A DNA stretch of 51,185 nt from a virus (Duplodnaviria > Caudoviricetes), in IMG/VR virus record IMGVR_UViG_3300027747_001067, positions 1 through 51,185 of that record; one strand, 5' to 3'. Shown piece by piece: positions 1-8,722 of the stretch. Below the pieces are notes generated by a model that ran no database searches, was not told where the DNA came from, and worked only from the letters and a program-made list of their open reading frames with translations. The stretch's first letter is position 1; each line of letters begins with the position of its first letter. Both the position numbers and the translations under genes were made by a program.

Positions 1-864
1 CGATAGCTTCTGAACGCACTCGTCTAGGAAGGCGGTCTTGCTCTTGGCAGAACCGGTGCCCTCCAGTTGGACACCGTGGTACTCAGCGGACTTCATGGCT
101 AGGTCGGATGCGATGAGCATGGTCTCACGCATGTCACCAAGGTCCTCGCGGGACATGGGGATGCCGGCTTCGGACATGGTGATGATGGTCCACAGACAGT
201 CGGAGTAGTGCTGGATGCAGTAGGGCGAGAGCTTGTCCGTGTCGGGCCAGTCGATCAGGATGCGACGGGCCAACTCGGCTGAGGCAAGCAAGGTGTTGTG
301 CGTGTCTTGTGCTGCGTAGTCGAGGAACTGCGGATCGTGGGGGGACCTGAACTTGCCGTCCTTGATGGTACGCTTGTACGCATGAGTACCGAGGACAGGA
401 CCGAGAGACTTGAGGGATCGCTCTGGCCTGAGTTCCGAGTGCAGATAGTTAAGGATCGAGAGGTCATACAAAGTTTTGCTGTGTGGGGGCAGAGCGAACT
501 GAAAGCGGTGATCGCATGCGCGAAGGAACTGCAGATCAAAGGGCAGGTTCATGCCGAGGATCGTGTCGGCCCAGGTAAGCCAACGATGCAGGAGTACGCG
601 ATCCTTTTCTACATCCATGTGTAGGGTGAAGGTGCAGCATGGCTTGGCCTTGTCCATAGTGACATGAGCAAGGTAAGTCTTGGCGCACGGGCACGAGTGG
701 ACCTCGGTGGTGATGGTGCAGGTGAGGACCATGTTGTCCTTCGAGACGCCGTCGGTTTGCATGGCGCGCTGAGGATGGAACACGGACTGTGAGGGGAGAG
801 ATTGACCCTTGGCGTTGGCGACGCATGAGCCGTACGTCTCGATGTCAAGGGAGATCAGTTTCAT
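1..864 (-). CDS. polA: Family A DNA polymerase, N-terminal 3'-5' exonuclease part (continues across the window junction into 51185..50055)
   Basis: Not in the ORF track because it runs off the edge. Manual translation from ATG at 864 gives MKLISLDIETYG (ExoI), GMNLPFD (ExoII) and YAAQD (ExoIII). 864 nt is 288 codons and joins the polymerase domain in frame. Confidence 0.9.
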   Translation of the reverse strand, partial: MKLISLDIETYGSCVANAKGQSLPSQSVFHPQRAMQTDGVSKDNMVLTCTITTEVHSCPCAKTYLAHVTMDKAKPCCTFTLHMDVEKDRVLLHRWLTWADTILGMNLPFDLQFLRACDHRFQFALPPHSKTLYDLSILNYLHSELRPERSLKSLGPVLGTHAYKRTIKDGKFRSPHDPQFLDYAAQDTHNTLLASAELARRILIDWPDTDKLSPYCIQHYSDCLWTIITMSEAGIPMSREDLGDMRETMLIASDLAMKSAEYHGVQLEGTGSAKSKTAFLDECVQKLS

Positions 865-1034
865 GGGGCAGCCTTTTGATTGAGGTAGTCGGTGAGGAAG
901 GTGCGGGCTCGGTCGATGAGATCGAACGCTTCTTCCCAGTTGCCAAACTCTTCAAGGGTGTAGTCAAGGAATGCGTCGTCGAGATCCTCGAGGAGTTCGG
1001 TTGCTTCCTTGGTCATGTTCTTCTTCTTTTTCAT
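861..1034 (-). CDS. Small acidic hypothetical protein
   Basis: 3' part of ORF 861..1190; AAGGA before ATG at 1034; stop overlaps the polymerase start (ATGA). Confidence 0.6.
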   Translation of the reverse strand: MKKKKNMTKEATELLEDLDDAFLDYTLEEFGNWEEAFDLIDRARTFLTDYLNQKAAP

Positions 1035-1245
1035 TGTCTGATTCCTTTGGATGAATCTGCAGTGTGTCGTTGCGGACGACGGTGACTTGGTGATCCATGA
1101 AGTGGCGGATGCGTCCGTCGTCAAGGACCACTGCGTAGCAGGCGTTGGTGTACATACCTGGGCTACAGATGTACAGGAGGTACCCCTCACCGAGTGGGGT
1201 GTTGACTGGGATGAGTTGCTGGAACTCGTGTATCTGGTTGTGCAT
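964..1245 (-). CDS. Hypothetical phage protein
   Basis: 93 aa ORF (IHEFQQLIPVNTPLGEGY...DDGRIRHF), co-oriented in the operon; resembles small phage proteins from memory only. Confidence 0.65.
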   Translation of the reverse strand: MHNQIHEFQQLIPVNTPLGEGYLLYICSPGMYTNACYAVVLDDGRIRHFMDHQVTVVRNDTLQIHPKESDNEKEEEHDQGSNRTPRGSRRRIP

Positions 1246-1363
1246 GGATCTTCTCTAGCTCAAATAGTTTTCGCATGGCATGACGCAGCTTCATGATCTC
1301 CATGAGTGCTGACTTGCACGATGGGCATGACGAGGACTGTAGCGTTTCGATCAACGTGTCCAT
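1187..1363 (-). CDS. Small hypothetical protein with CxxC
   Basis: Manual translation MDTLIETLQSSSCPSCKSALMEIMKLRH..., 58 aa; fills the gap just after the UDG stop. Confidence 0.45.
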   Translation of the reverse strand: MDTLIETLQSSSCPSCKSALMEIMKLRHAMRKLFELEKIHAQPDTRVPATHPSQHPTR

Positions 1364-1366
1364 GGG

Positions 1367-2092
1367 TCAGTTCATCTTGGGGTTCTTTCGGAACTCATCG
1401 TTCCAGTGGTTGGCTTCCGCTGGGTCGTTGGGTGAGAAGGGGGTGACAATGCGTGGGCTGGATGCTACGGGCATCTGGCCGATGATGGCTGAATGGACAA
1501 GGGTCATGTGGTCGGCGACGGGGTGGAGGAGGTTGCGAGAGCGGAGCACGGCGGCTGGGTGGAACGTGGTGAAGAGTTGCCAGTCTCCCCATAGTCCGGT
1601 CGGTGTACCTTGTCGGTTGAATGCAGAGGTTAGCGACCAGGGCTTGGGCTGTGTGAACTTGGTGACAGTGGAGATGGCGTGGGCACCGACGCAGAGCAGG
1701 ATCTTGGGAACGTGGGGGGCAATGAGTTGGCCAACGGCATTGAGATCCTGAGCAGAGAAGGCAGGGAAACAAGTGCGGAAGTGACGGGGCTTGGGTGGTG
1801 CAGCGGCTGGCGTGTAGCAGCGGGCTGCGTTGAGGAGGATGACTGAGGCGTGAGGCAGGATGGATGGGAGGTAGATCTCCTTGAGCATCTTGCCTGATGG
1901 CCCAACGAATGGCTCGTTGAAGCGGTCCTCTTGGAAGCCTGGGTTCATGCCGAGCACTGCGACGATGGGTGTGAGGGGTGAAGGTAGCAACGACTCAGAA
2001 AGAAAAACCCCGGGGACTCCAGGGTTCTTCGCGTGCTTGTGCAGTTCGCAGGCAGTGCAGGATGGGGCGGGGAGTAACAGTGGTAGGTTCAT
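1367..2092 (-). CDS. Uracil-DNA glycosylase, family 4-like (4Fe-4S)
   Basis: CTACELH, GMNPGFQED...PFVGPSGKML, NAARC, FRTC and TFHPAAVLR match family 4 UDG motifs; ATGA overlap with the upstream gene at 2089-2092. Confidence 0.88.
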   Translation of the reverse strand: MNLPLLLPAPSCTACELHKHAKNPGVPGVFLSESLLPSPLTPIVAVLGMNPGFQEDRFNEPFVGPSGKMLKEIYLPSILPHASVILLNAARCYTPAAAPPKPRHFRTCFPAFSAQDLNAVGQLIAPHVPKILLCVGAHAISTVTKFTQPKPWSLTSAFNRQGTPTGLWGDWQLFTTFHPAAVLRSRNLLHPVADHMTLVHSAIIGQMPVASSPRIVTPFSPNDPAEANHWNDEFRKNPKMN

Positions 2093-2370
2093 GCGGGCTC
2101 CTTCTGTGGGGGGATGCACCAATCCCAGATGGCTTCGTACTGATCTGGGATGATGAGCTTGCGACAGAGTTCGTGCTGATCGCGGTCGATCATGAAGGCG
2201 TAGGGGAAGAGCTTGTCACCGTCGGGGTGAGACTCGATGATGCAAAGGGTTGGGTAACGGGCTCCTGTGTCCTCATGGCGCAGATCCACAAGTGTGATGG
2301 CGGGTATGGGTCGCTGCTTGAAAGCGTGCCACAGAGTACGCAGGTTAGTTCCGTTGGCTTCAGATGGCAT
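2089..2370 (-). CDS. Hypothetical protein
   Basis: C-terminal 93 aa of ORF 2089..2943 (MPSEANGTNLRTLWHAFK...); fills the gap between the vWA and UDG genes. Confidence 0.65.
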   Translation of the reverse strand: MPSEANGTNLRTLWHAFKQRPIPAITLVDLRHEDTGARYPTLCIIESHPDGDKLFPYAFMIDRDQHELCRKLIIPDQYEAIWDWCIPPQKEPA

Positions 2371-2383
2371 AGTGCGGATCCTT

Positions 2384-4498
2384 CTACTGGTTGGCAAGAC
2401 ACTGACCAATTCCTGTGATGAGCTGGCATGCAACGGGCACGGCATCCAGCGGGGACTCAACCTTGAACCACTTGTCGTGATTGTACTGCTGACGGAGAGT
2501 CTGTGCATCAATGCCGAAGCCGAAGCCGACGGTGAACACGGGAATGGGAATGTTGTCAACGATGTGACGGACGCTGGAGATGCCATCGTTGAAGGGCTCC
2601 TGATTGTGGTAAGGATCTTCGACGCCACCGCAGGGTGCACCGTCAGTGAGATGGATGATGATCTTGGTTGCGTCGGGGTGATGAGCAAAGAGGTAATCGG
2701 ACGCAGACTTGATCGCGGTTGCAGACGGAGTGCCACCGGTGGGGTACGAGTAGAGGAGAGCGGAGTCAGTGTCGAGGCGACGCATGCTGCACACGGGGAT
2801 ACTGCTGTCTGCAGATGGATCAGACTTGGTGTGCACGAAGTAGTCGCTGTCATCGGCAACGCAACCGCTGCAGTAAGCGAAGGAGGACAGCGAGACGTTG
2901 GATGCACGAGCCAAGCCGTCCTTGAGACCGGCAAGGAATGCAAGCGCTTCCTGCATCACGTTGTGACTGGGCTCGTACTTGTGGGTAGCGAGGTCGATCT
3001 CCGTGGGGTAGACATTGAGGGACATGGACGAGGAAGAGTCAAGGACGACGGCGATTGCGATCTGGCCGTGACCTGCCTCGGGGGGGATGGAGAAGATACG
3101 CGGATCGTTGAAGGCTGCAAGGTTAAGCAGGCTGCCCTCGTCGAGCACACCCTGGAGTTGGGCGTGGTCAGTGGGTGGTGGGGCAGGCACGTGCCACGCA
3201 GCAGCACTGATGGCCTCTGCGATGGGAGCACGGACCTTGTCTTGCAGGCGCTTGGACTTGGCGGCGTACTCACGCAACTTGGGATTGCGTGCAAGGACGG
3301 GGGCCATCTGCTCTTCAGTCATCATGTCGTAGAAGATGGATGGTGGGGGTATGCCCACACAGGGCGAGTCGGTGGGTTCCCACTGAGCATCTTCCTTGGA
3401 CGGCTCGATGACGCAGTCACCGCTTGTGTGCTGCTTGCGGTGGAAGGACTCGTCCTTGTCGGGGGTACCGTCGATACCGAGTCCGCTGCTGCCACGACGA
3501 GGAGTGGTACTGCGCTTGGGCTTCTCCTCGTGGGGGGACAGGACGCGGGCCAGGTAATCGACGAGTTCGCTGATGGCAAAGATGTGTTCTTCGTTGGTGC
3601 GACACTTGGAAAGGATGCCGGGCCATGCTTGGACGGCGAGGTCATAGGCAGACTTGAACTGCTTGGGGAACGGGATGCGCTGGTCGGGTGCAGCGTTGAG
3701 GTTCCATGCAAGGGCCATGCAGAAGCGACGGAGTTCCGAACGGTACTTGCTCTTGGTCTTGACAGCCGAGGCAACCTCCTCCGTGGGGGGAAGGAGCACG
3801 GAGTCTTGGGCTTCGAAGATGGAGTGCCAGCCCGGCCATTGGGTAAGGATCTTGGTGCGGATGTCACGGACACAGGCTGCGTACCAGACGTCAAGCACGC
3901 AGTCAGCATGGACAGAAAGAATATCGCAGCAACCACTTGGCATAGGTGGAAGGTTGGTGTTCTTGAGCAGGTCGGCCACGAACATGAGACCGTGGTAACC
4001 GATGTTGAGGCATGCGTTGTCACGCTCCATGGACTCGAGGCCATAGCCGGTGATGGCATCGGCCAGGGTGTAGATGTCGGGAACGTGGTCAAGCATGCGG
4101 TCAGAGATGAGACTGCCGGGGATGTAGATGCTGGGTCCCCGGTCGGTCATTGGGTCATAGGGTGTGTTGGGGTTGTCCCAGATGTCACCGTGTCGATAGG
4201 CATTGATGAAGTTGTTGACGATGTCAATCTTCTCGCTGGCATTGGGCTGTCGCCTCCAGTCTGCTACGTAACGGTCCATGTGGCCGGCGAAGGCTTCGAT
4301 GGCGGATGAGATGGAGAGACGCTCGATGGTCTCGAGGGGCACGTAGTTAACACCAATAGGGCGGCAAGCCCAGAGAGACCATACCTTGTTGGTGATCTCA
4401 CTCGTGCGGTTGAGGATGTTGCGCTTGTCAGATCCATCGTCGGTGTCGAACCAACCGCTGGTGTCGATGTCGAAGTTGTCAAGGATGCGTTGAAACAT
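2384..4498 (-). CDS. vWA (MIDAS) domain protein, CobT/NorD-like partner of the MoxR AAA+ ATPase
   Basis: VVLDSSSSMS (DxSxS), PTGGTP and IHLTDGAP MIDAS motifs; start MFQRILD at 4498 overlaps the ATPase stop. Confidence 0.85.
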   Translation of the reverse strand: MFQRILDNFDIDTSGWFDTDDGSDKRNILNRTSEITNKVWSLWACRPIGVNYVPLETIERLSISSAIEAFAGHMDRYVADWRRQPNASEKIDIVNNFINAYRHGDIWDNPNTPYDPMTDRGPSIYIPGSLISDRMLDHVPDIYTLADAITGYGLESMERDNACLNIGYHGLMFVADLLKNTNLPPMPSGCCDILSVHADCVLDVWYAACVRDIRTKILTQWPGWHSIFEAQDSVLLPPTEEVASAVKTKSKYRSELRRFCMALAWNLNAAPDQRIPFPKQFKSAYDLAVQAWPGILSKCRTNEEHIFAISELVDYLARVLSPHEEKPKRSTTPRRGSSGLGIDGTPDKDESFHRKQHTSGDCVIEPSKEDAQWEPTDSPCVGIPPPSIFYDMMTEEQMAPVLARNPKLREYAAKSKRLQDKVRAPIAEAISAAAWHVPAPPPTDHAQLQGVLDEGSLLNLAAFNDPRIFSIPPEAGHGQIAIAVVLDSSSSMSLNVYPTEIDLATHKYEPSHNVMQEALAFLAGLKDGLARASNVSLSSFAYCSGCVADDSDYFVHTKSDPSADSSIPVCSMRRLDTDSALLYSYPTGGTPSATAIKSASDYLFAHHPDATKIIIHLTDGAPCGGVEDPYHNQEPFNDGISSVRHIVDNIPIPVFTVGFGFGIDAQTLRQQYNHDKWFKVESPLDAVPVACQLITGIGQCLANQ

Positions 4499-5520
4499 TA
4501 GAAGGGCTCCGCGTTGGTGGTGGTGACGGTGTCGGACACGAGGCCGGGGAACTTGCCGGCGAGGAGAGTGGCCATCGCTGCGCGCTTCGAGTGGTCCTCG
4601 ATCTTGGACAGGATAGTATAGCGCAGGGACTGCTGGCCGTACTTGGCGATGTCGGAAGCGGCGGCAAGCAGTTCGCGGGTGGAGATGGGCTCGTGCGTGG
4701 AGTTCTTGCCTCGGGTGTTGGAGGCGATGTGAGCGAGAGCAACGCACGAGTCGATGTCAAGAGTGGTACGACGCTGGAGCAGCATGGCCTCCTTGGGGGT
4801 GGGCAGGTAGGTGACTTCGATGACACGCGAGAAGCGGTCGCGGAGGGCCAGGTCAACGGGCGAGGCACCGAGATACTTGGCACCCATGTTGGTGGTAGCG
4901 ACGAACGTGGTGTTGGGTCCGACGCGTACTGCTGAGCCGCGTTCCTCGATCCACGAGGCACGACGGTGGTCGAGCAGAGGCATGAGACCGTTGAGCACGG
5001 AGGCAGGTGCGCGGTTGAGTTCGTCGAGGACGACGACGCAGTTGCCAGAGGTGACGGCGCGCACGAACTCGGTGTCCTGCCAACGGATGCTGCCGTTGTG
5101 CACGGTGCGGAAGCCGAACCAATCGCGTGGCTCACGGATCACGGAGCAGTCCATGATGAGCAGGCGCTTGTTGGTTTCCTGTGCGAGCCACTGACCGATG
5201 GAGGTCTTGCCGCAGCCGGCGGGACCGACGAGGCGCAGGTTCTCGATGCCGGTGGAGGTACCGATGGACATCAGGAACGACTTGAGGTTGTCATCGAGTT
5301 CGAGGTCGATGCGCTCGGTGGGGGTAGCGGGCATGGTGCCAGGGACATCGAGTCCGTGGGGGGATGCGGCGAACAGACCGTCATCGAAGGCGGGCTTGTG
5401 TGTGTCCATTGGCATGGGCTCCGGTGTGGTGCGTCGAGTAGTCATGGTGGGTGCGGGGTTGGCGGCGTTCATGCGGGCACGAAGGGCTGCAATGGCAGCA
5501 GGCGAGAGGTTCAGGTTCAT
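4498..5520 (-). CDS. MoxR/CbbQ/CobS-like AAA+ ATPase
   Basis: Walker A GPAGCGKT, Walker B VVVLDELNRA, ATTN sensor, DLALRDRF arginine finger, ISTRELL sensor II. Confidence 0.9.
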   Translation of the reverse strand: MNLNLSPAAIAALRARMNAANPAPTMTTRRTTPEPMPMDTHKPAFDDGLFAASPHGLDVPGTMPATPTERIDLELDDNLKSFLMSIGTSTGIENLRLVGPAGCGKTSIGQWLAQETNKRLLIMDCSVIREPRDWFGFRTVHNGSIRWQDTEFVRAVTSGNCVVVLDELNRAPASVLNGLMPLLDHRRASWIEERGSAVRVGPNTTFVATTNMGAKYLGASPVDLALRDRFSRVIEVTYLPTPKEAMLLQRRTTLDIDSCVALAHIASNTRGKNSTHEPISTRELLAAASDIAKYGQQSLRYTILSKIEDHSKRAAMATLLAGKFPGLVSDTVTTTNAEPF

Positions 5521-5538
5521 TGGTGAGTTCCTTATGGG

Positions 5539-5997
5539 TTAGCAGGCTGAGAATCCACCGCACGCGCGGAGGAAGTTGATCCACTCTTCGAGTTTGGATC
5601 GGGTGATGGAGTAGACAGGGACCCAGTTGGGGTCACGAGTGGCAACGGATTGTTGCTGTTGGCGAGTGATGAACTGACCGGTGTTCTTGTCGACAAGCAT
5701 CTCCTCTGATTCCTCGGGTAGAGGTGGAGTCCAGTGGTCATTGCCGGTAGCGTCGTAGTGCGTGGCCTCGAACTCATTGTCGAGGAAGTCCTGGAATTGT
5801 TCGGCGATGCGGTTGCACATGGCCTGGTTGTTGGGACCAGCGCCATCGTTGGCACCAAGTCGAGTGAGCATGGTGTCACCGAGGAACTGACATCGGGAAC
5901 ACAGCAGGTAGTGGATGGGACGCCAGGTCCAGATCGAGGCACGAAAGTATTCGCCATCGGTGTGAGATGGCTTGCGTCCATGTACATCAAACCCCAT
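5539..5997 (-). CDS. Hypothetical phage protein
   Basis: MGFDVHG...GEYFRASIWTWRPI...WINFLRACGGF; AAGGAGG upstream. Confidence 0.75.
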   Translation of the reverse strand: MGFDVHGRKPSHTDGEYFRASIWTWRPIHYLLCSRCQFLGDTMLTRLGANDGAGPNNQAMCNRIAEQFQDFLDNEFEATHYDATGNDHWTPPLPEESEEMLVDKNTGQFITRQQQQSVATRDPNWVPVYSITRSKLEEWINFLRACGGFSAC

Positions 5998-6178
5998 TGT
6001 CGTTGTCCTCCTTGAGCATGTGGTAGATCTTTTCGAGCAGGTCACGCAGCAAGTCGACGCGCTTGTTGGTTGCGTCGAGTTGGTTCTGTTGGTTCTCGAA
6101 GAGCTTGTGCGCAGTGTCGATGACGTGGTTGTGCTTCTCTTCGAGGGTGTCAAGACGATCGTTGATTGCGTCAATCAT
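5987..6178 (-). CDS. Small coiled-coil hypothetical protein
   Basis: 63 aa with heptad-like pattern; tiles the operon. Confidence 0.65.
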   Translation of the reverse strand: MIDAINDRLDTLEEKHNHVIDTAHKLFENQQNQLDATNKRVDLLRDLLEKIYHMLKEDNDNGV

Positions 6179-6186
6179 GGTGTTGG

Positions 6187-6750
6187 TTATCCGAAGGGGG
6201 ACTTGGGATCAGAGGGCAGGTTGTTGTAGTCGTCCGGGTAGGGCGAGTCCTTGTAGAGCGGGTCGAAGGTGGGTGGCTTGGGCTTGAGGTAATCAGCAGG
6301 CTTGGGGTTGAAGCCCATCTCTTTGAGGACTTCGGGCATGTGCTTGCCGTTGATGGAGACGTCCTCTTCATTGGCCTTCTTGGGCATGACCACGACCAGA
6401 CCGATACGATCGGGCTGGCCGGGCAGGGAGATAGGACCGAGGTCGTCCTGCTCCTTGAGGATGGTGGTGCCACGGAGGGAGGCAGCCATCATGAGCTTCA
6501 TGCACAGCAGGTCGAAGAACTCAACCCACACGCGGTCAGGGGTGCAGTGATCGGGGGACTGTTGCGTGATGATCTCGTGCTGGGCACCGGCCTTGCCACC
6601 GAAAGGCGTGGTGGCAAAGCAGTCGTAGTCACAAGCATCGACGCGGTCAGCGACGACGTTGTTGCCACGCGTGCGTGTGCGGGAGATGGAGATGACGGTG
6701 CCGTCACCTGCTGCGGTGCTGATAGTGATGGAATGGACAAGTCGATTCAC
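6187..6750 (-). CDS. Hypothetical protein
   Basis: ORF 6187..6792; GTG at 6750 overlaps the upstream stop and follows GGAG. Confidence 0.65.
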   Translation of the reverse strand: MNRLVHSITISTAAGDGTVISISRTRTRGNNVVADRVDACDYDCFATTPFGGKAGAQHEIITQQSPDHCTPDRVWVEFFDLLCMKLMMAASLRGTTILKEQDDLGPISLPGQPDRIGLVVVMPKKANEEDVSINGKHMPEVLKEMGFNPKPADYLKPKPPTFDPLYKDSPYPDDYNNLPSDPKSPFG

Positions 6751-7292
6751 TTGACGATCTCCGAAGGATGGCGTGAGGCTGGCCCGACCCACGATGAGTC
6801 GAGCAACAGACGATGAGAGTCATTGCGACGGAAGCGACGGTATCGGTTGTCGCCGATACGGAAGTCGGGGTCGCCTTTGGTGTGGATGCGTACGTTGGCG
6901 GTGCGGCAGACACGACGAGGAGGAAGTGCAGCAGCGCTGATCTCTGACTTGCTGACGCTACCGAAGAGAGCAAGGATGGAGCGTGCAGTGAGGTTGTCAC
7001 TGGACATGAGAGCGGCTGAGTCAACACGTCCGAGGCTGCGTTCGATGAACGAGTCGGCTTGGTGTCGAGTGCGTTCGTTGCTGGAACGAAGGCGTTCGGC
7101 GTGCTCCCAGTTGCAGGTGCGGAGGGAGAAGTTGGGCGTGTCGCAACCGTCAGAGTCGATGCGAGGCACGGCGTTATTGGGATCGACCAGCATCACACGA
7201 CCACTGACGATGCGGATGGGGATGTTACCGAGCGAGAGGGTGTTGAACTTCACATCGGACGGGCGAATGTCGTCAATCTTGTAGAAGGACAT
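6747..7292 (-). CDS. Hypothetical protein
   Basis: 181 aa ORF preceded by ATAAGGAACTCGCC leader. Confidence 0.7.
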   Translation of the reverse strand: MSFYKIDDIRPSDVKFNTLSLGNIPIRIVSGRVMLVDPNNAVPRIDSDGCDTPNFSLRTCNWEHAERLRSSNERTRHQADSFIERSLGRVDSAALMSSDNLTARSILALFGSVSKSEISAAALPPRRVCRTANVRIHTKGDPDFRIGDNRYRRFRRNDSHRLLLDSSWVGPASRHPSEIVK

Positions 7293-7321
7293 GGCGAGTT
7301 CCTTATTGAGGTTGGGTCACG

Positions 7322-7355
7322 CCCCCCACTGCCATGGTGTATGGACAGTGGGGGG
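7322..7355. promoter_or_regulatory. Intergenic stem-loop
   Basis: CCCCCCACTG-CCAT / ATGG-A-CAGTGGGGGG inverted repeat with a 5-nt loop, between two minus-strand genes. Confidence 0.65.
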
Positions 7356-7370
7356 ACATGACGGTGGGGG

Positions 7371-7913
7371 TCACGAAAGCTGAGCGTCTTCGCTCGGATC
7401 AGACTGCTCGCCCGTGTTGGACAGAGCAGACGGTTGAGCAGGAGCGTCGGTGTCGGAGTCATGACGCTGCGACTTGATCACAGACTGGACAGCCTCGCTG
7501 AGAGGCTTGACGCCAGTGACCTTGTTGCGAGCACCGTAGTCCTTGCTGACTTCCTTGCCGACTGAGACAGTGAACACGACGCCTGAGTGCAGAGCCTTCT
7601 CAAGCTCGAGGCTGAACATGCGAGTCGTGATGGTGGCGTCACTGTCAAGCTGCATGTCGCAAGCCTTGAGGTAGTGCGCGTAACGCCACACCACGCCGTC
7701 GTTGACCAGCGTGCAGTCGGTGTCGTTGTGCAGCGGGGGCAGCAAGTCGAACACCTTGGCGGTACGGCCCGAGTCGAGCGTGATGTCGAGCACGACCGAG
7801 ATGTTGAACAGACCGGGCTTGGACTTGGACGGACGCAGTTCCACCTTGTTGATGGTGGCGCAGTAGTCACCGGCGGTGATGAGCAAACGATCCTGCATTT
7901 CAGTGATGTTCAT
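7371..7913 (-). CDS. DUF669-like putative ssDNA-binding protein
   Basis: AGDYCATINKVELRPSKS...VSVGKEVSKDYGARNKVTGVKP pattern typical of DUF669-type phage SSBs; acidic/polar tail; AGGAG RBS. Confidence 0.6.
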   Translation of the reverse strand: MNITEMQDRLLITAGDYCATINKVELRPSKSKPGLFNISVVLDITLDSGRTAKVFDLLPPLHNDTDCTLVNDGVVWRYAHYLKACDMQLDSDATITTRMFSLELEKALHSGVVFTVSVGKEVSKDYGARNKVTGVKPLSEAVQSVIKSQRHDSDTDAPAQPSALSNTGEQSDPSEDAQLS

Positions 7914-8002
7914 GGCGAGTTCTCCTAATGGAGGTTAAGTGAGAAGAGTGATGTGGTCAGGACACACGTCGCTGCCACCTGCCCCAGCCTCCCTCCCTTT
8001 TT
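7914..8002 (-). promoter_or_regulatory. Repeated early-gene leader module, copy 1
   Basis: Minus strand AAAAAGGGAGGG, then a hairpin with GTGT loop, then TTAGGAG RBS. Confidence 0.6.
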
Positions 8003-8029
8003 GGAAAGAGGCGTAAGGCGTAAGACAGA

Positions 8030-8093
8030 ACACACAAACAAACACACAAACCCCCATCCCTGCGGGGGCCGCATGGCCCCGCAGGGATGGGGG
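8030..8093 (-). terminator. Intrinsic terminator
   Basis: ~19-bp GC-rich stem (CCCCCATCCCTGCGGGG...CCCCGCAGGGATGGGGG) followed on the minus strand by TTTGTGTGTTTGTTTG. Confidence 0.75.
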
Positions 8094-8099
8094 AGTAGG

Positions 8100-8285
8100 T
8101 CAACTCTTCACCTCATTGGTGAGGGATTGCATACACCTATCAACCTTGGTGATGCCGTGGTCGATTGCGTCTACAAGGTCTGCACTTGTGTCTTCGTGTT
8201 GGACTTGGTCAATCACGTAGCTACGGAGGTGCAAGAGGATGCCCCTCAGGTCCTCGAGGCGGACAGCCATCTTGTTGTTGGTCAT
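8100..8285 (-). CDS. Small hypothetical protein
   Basis: ORF 8100..8300; ATG at 8285 gives an ATGA overlap with the upstream gene. Confidence 0.6.
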   Translation of the reverse strand: MTNNKMAVRLEDLRGILLHLRSYVIDQVQHEDTSADLVDAIDHGITKVDRCMQSLTNEVKS

Positions 8286-8503
8286 TGGGTTGTTTCCCAT
8301 TGGTCATAGTCCTCATGTTGGTGGTTGCAGAACACGATGTTTGAGTCTGGTGCTACGAGCAGTGCGTCACCGTGAGCGTTCTCACAGTGGATGACCTTGG
8401 TGTAGCCGTCACCAAGCAGGTCACCGCCGCAGTTAGGGCAGCTGTGGTAGTGGTATGTGCTGCCCGTACGCGTGATGTGGTCTTCATGTGGGTGTGGTTT
8501 CAT
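8282..8503 (-). CDS. Small Cys/His-rich, zinc-ribbon-like protein
   Basis: CPNCGGDLLGDGYTKVIHCENA...FCNH; ATGA overlaps at both ends. Confidence 0.65.
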   Translation of the reverse strand: MKPHPHEDHITRTGSTYHYHSCPNCGGDLLGDGYTKVIHCENAHGDALLVAPDSNIVFCNHQHEDYDQWETTQ

Positions 8504-8634
8504 TGGTCGTCCTCCGGAAGGCGGATGCCCATCTCGCTACGAGCGGCGGGCTTGGCAATGGAGATCACGGTGAAGGCCACCAGCGAGAAGGCTGATGCGG
8601 CGGCCACGAGGAAGAACACTTCAGTCAGCGTCAT
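8500..8634 (-). CDS. Small membrane protein
   Basis: MTLTEVFFLVAAASAFSLVAFTVISIAK, one hydrophobic helix; ATAAGGAG RBS. Confidence 0.6.
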   Translation of the reverse strand: MTLTEVFFLVAAASAFSLVAFTVISIAKPAARSEMGIRLPEDDQ

Positions 8635-8722
8635 GCGTAACTCCTTATGCAAGGATGAAGTAAGAAGCGGGGTTGGGCTACACACCCAACCCCGCACACC
8701 AACCACCGGCCCCCTCCCTTTT
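8635..8722 (-). promoter_or_regulatory. Repeated early-gene leader module, copy 2
   Basis: AAAAGGGAGGGG, then an 11-bp hairpin GCGGGGTTGGG/CCCAACCCCGC with TGTGTAG loop, then CTTGCATAAGGAG. Confidence 0.6.

Noticed and set aside
2267-4309. 680-aa plus-strand ORF
   Set aside because: Antisense shadow of the vWA gene; V/G/D-rich composition typical of reverse frames in GC-rich DNA; no motifs.
2384-5520. cobS/cobT cobalamin auxiliary metabolic genes
   Set aside because: No cobN or other cobalamin genes; a generic MoxR/vWA pair explains the motifs.
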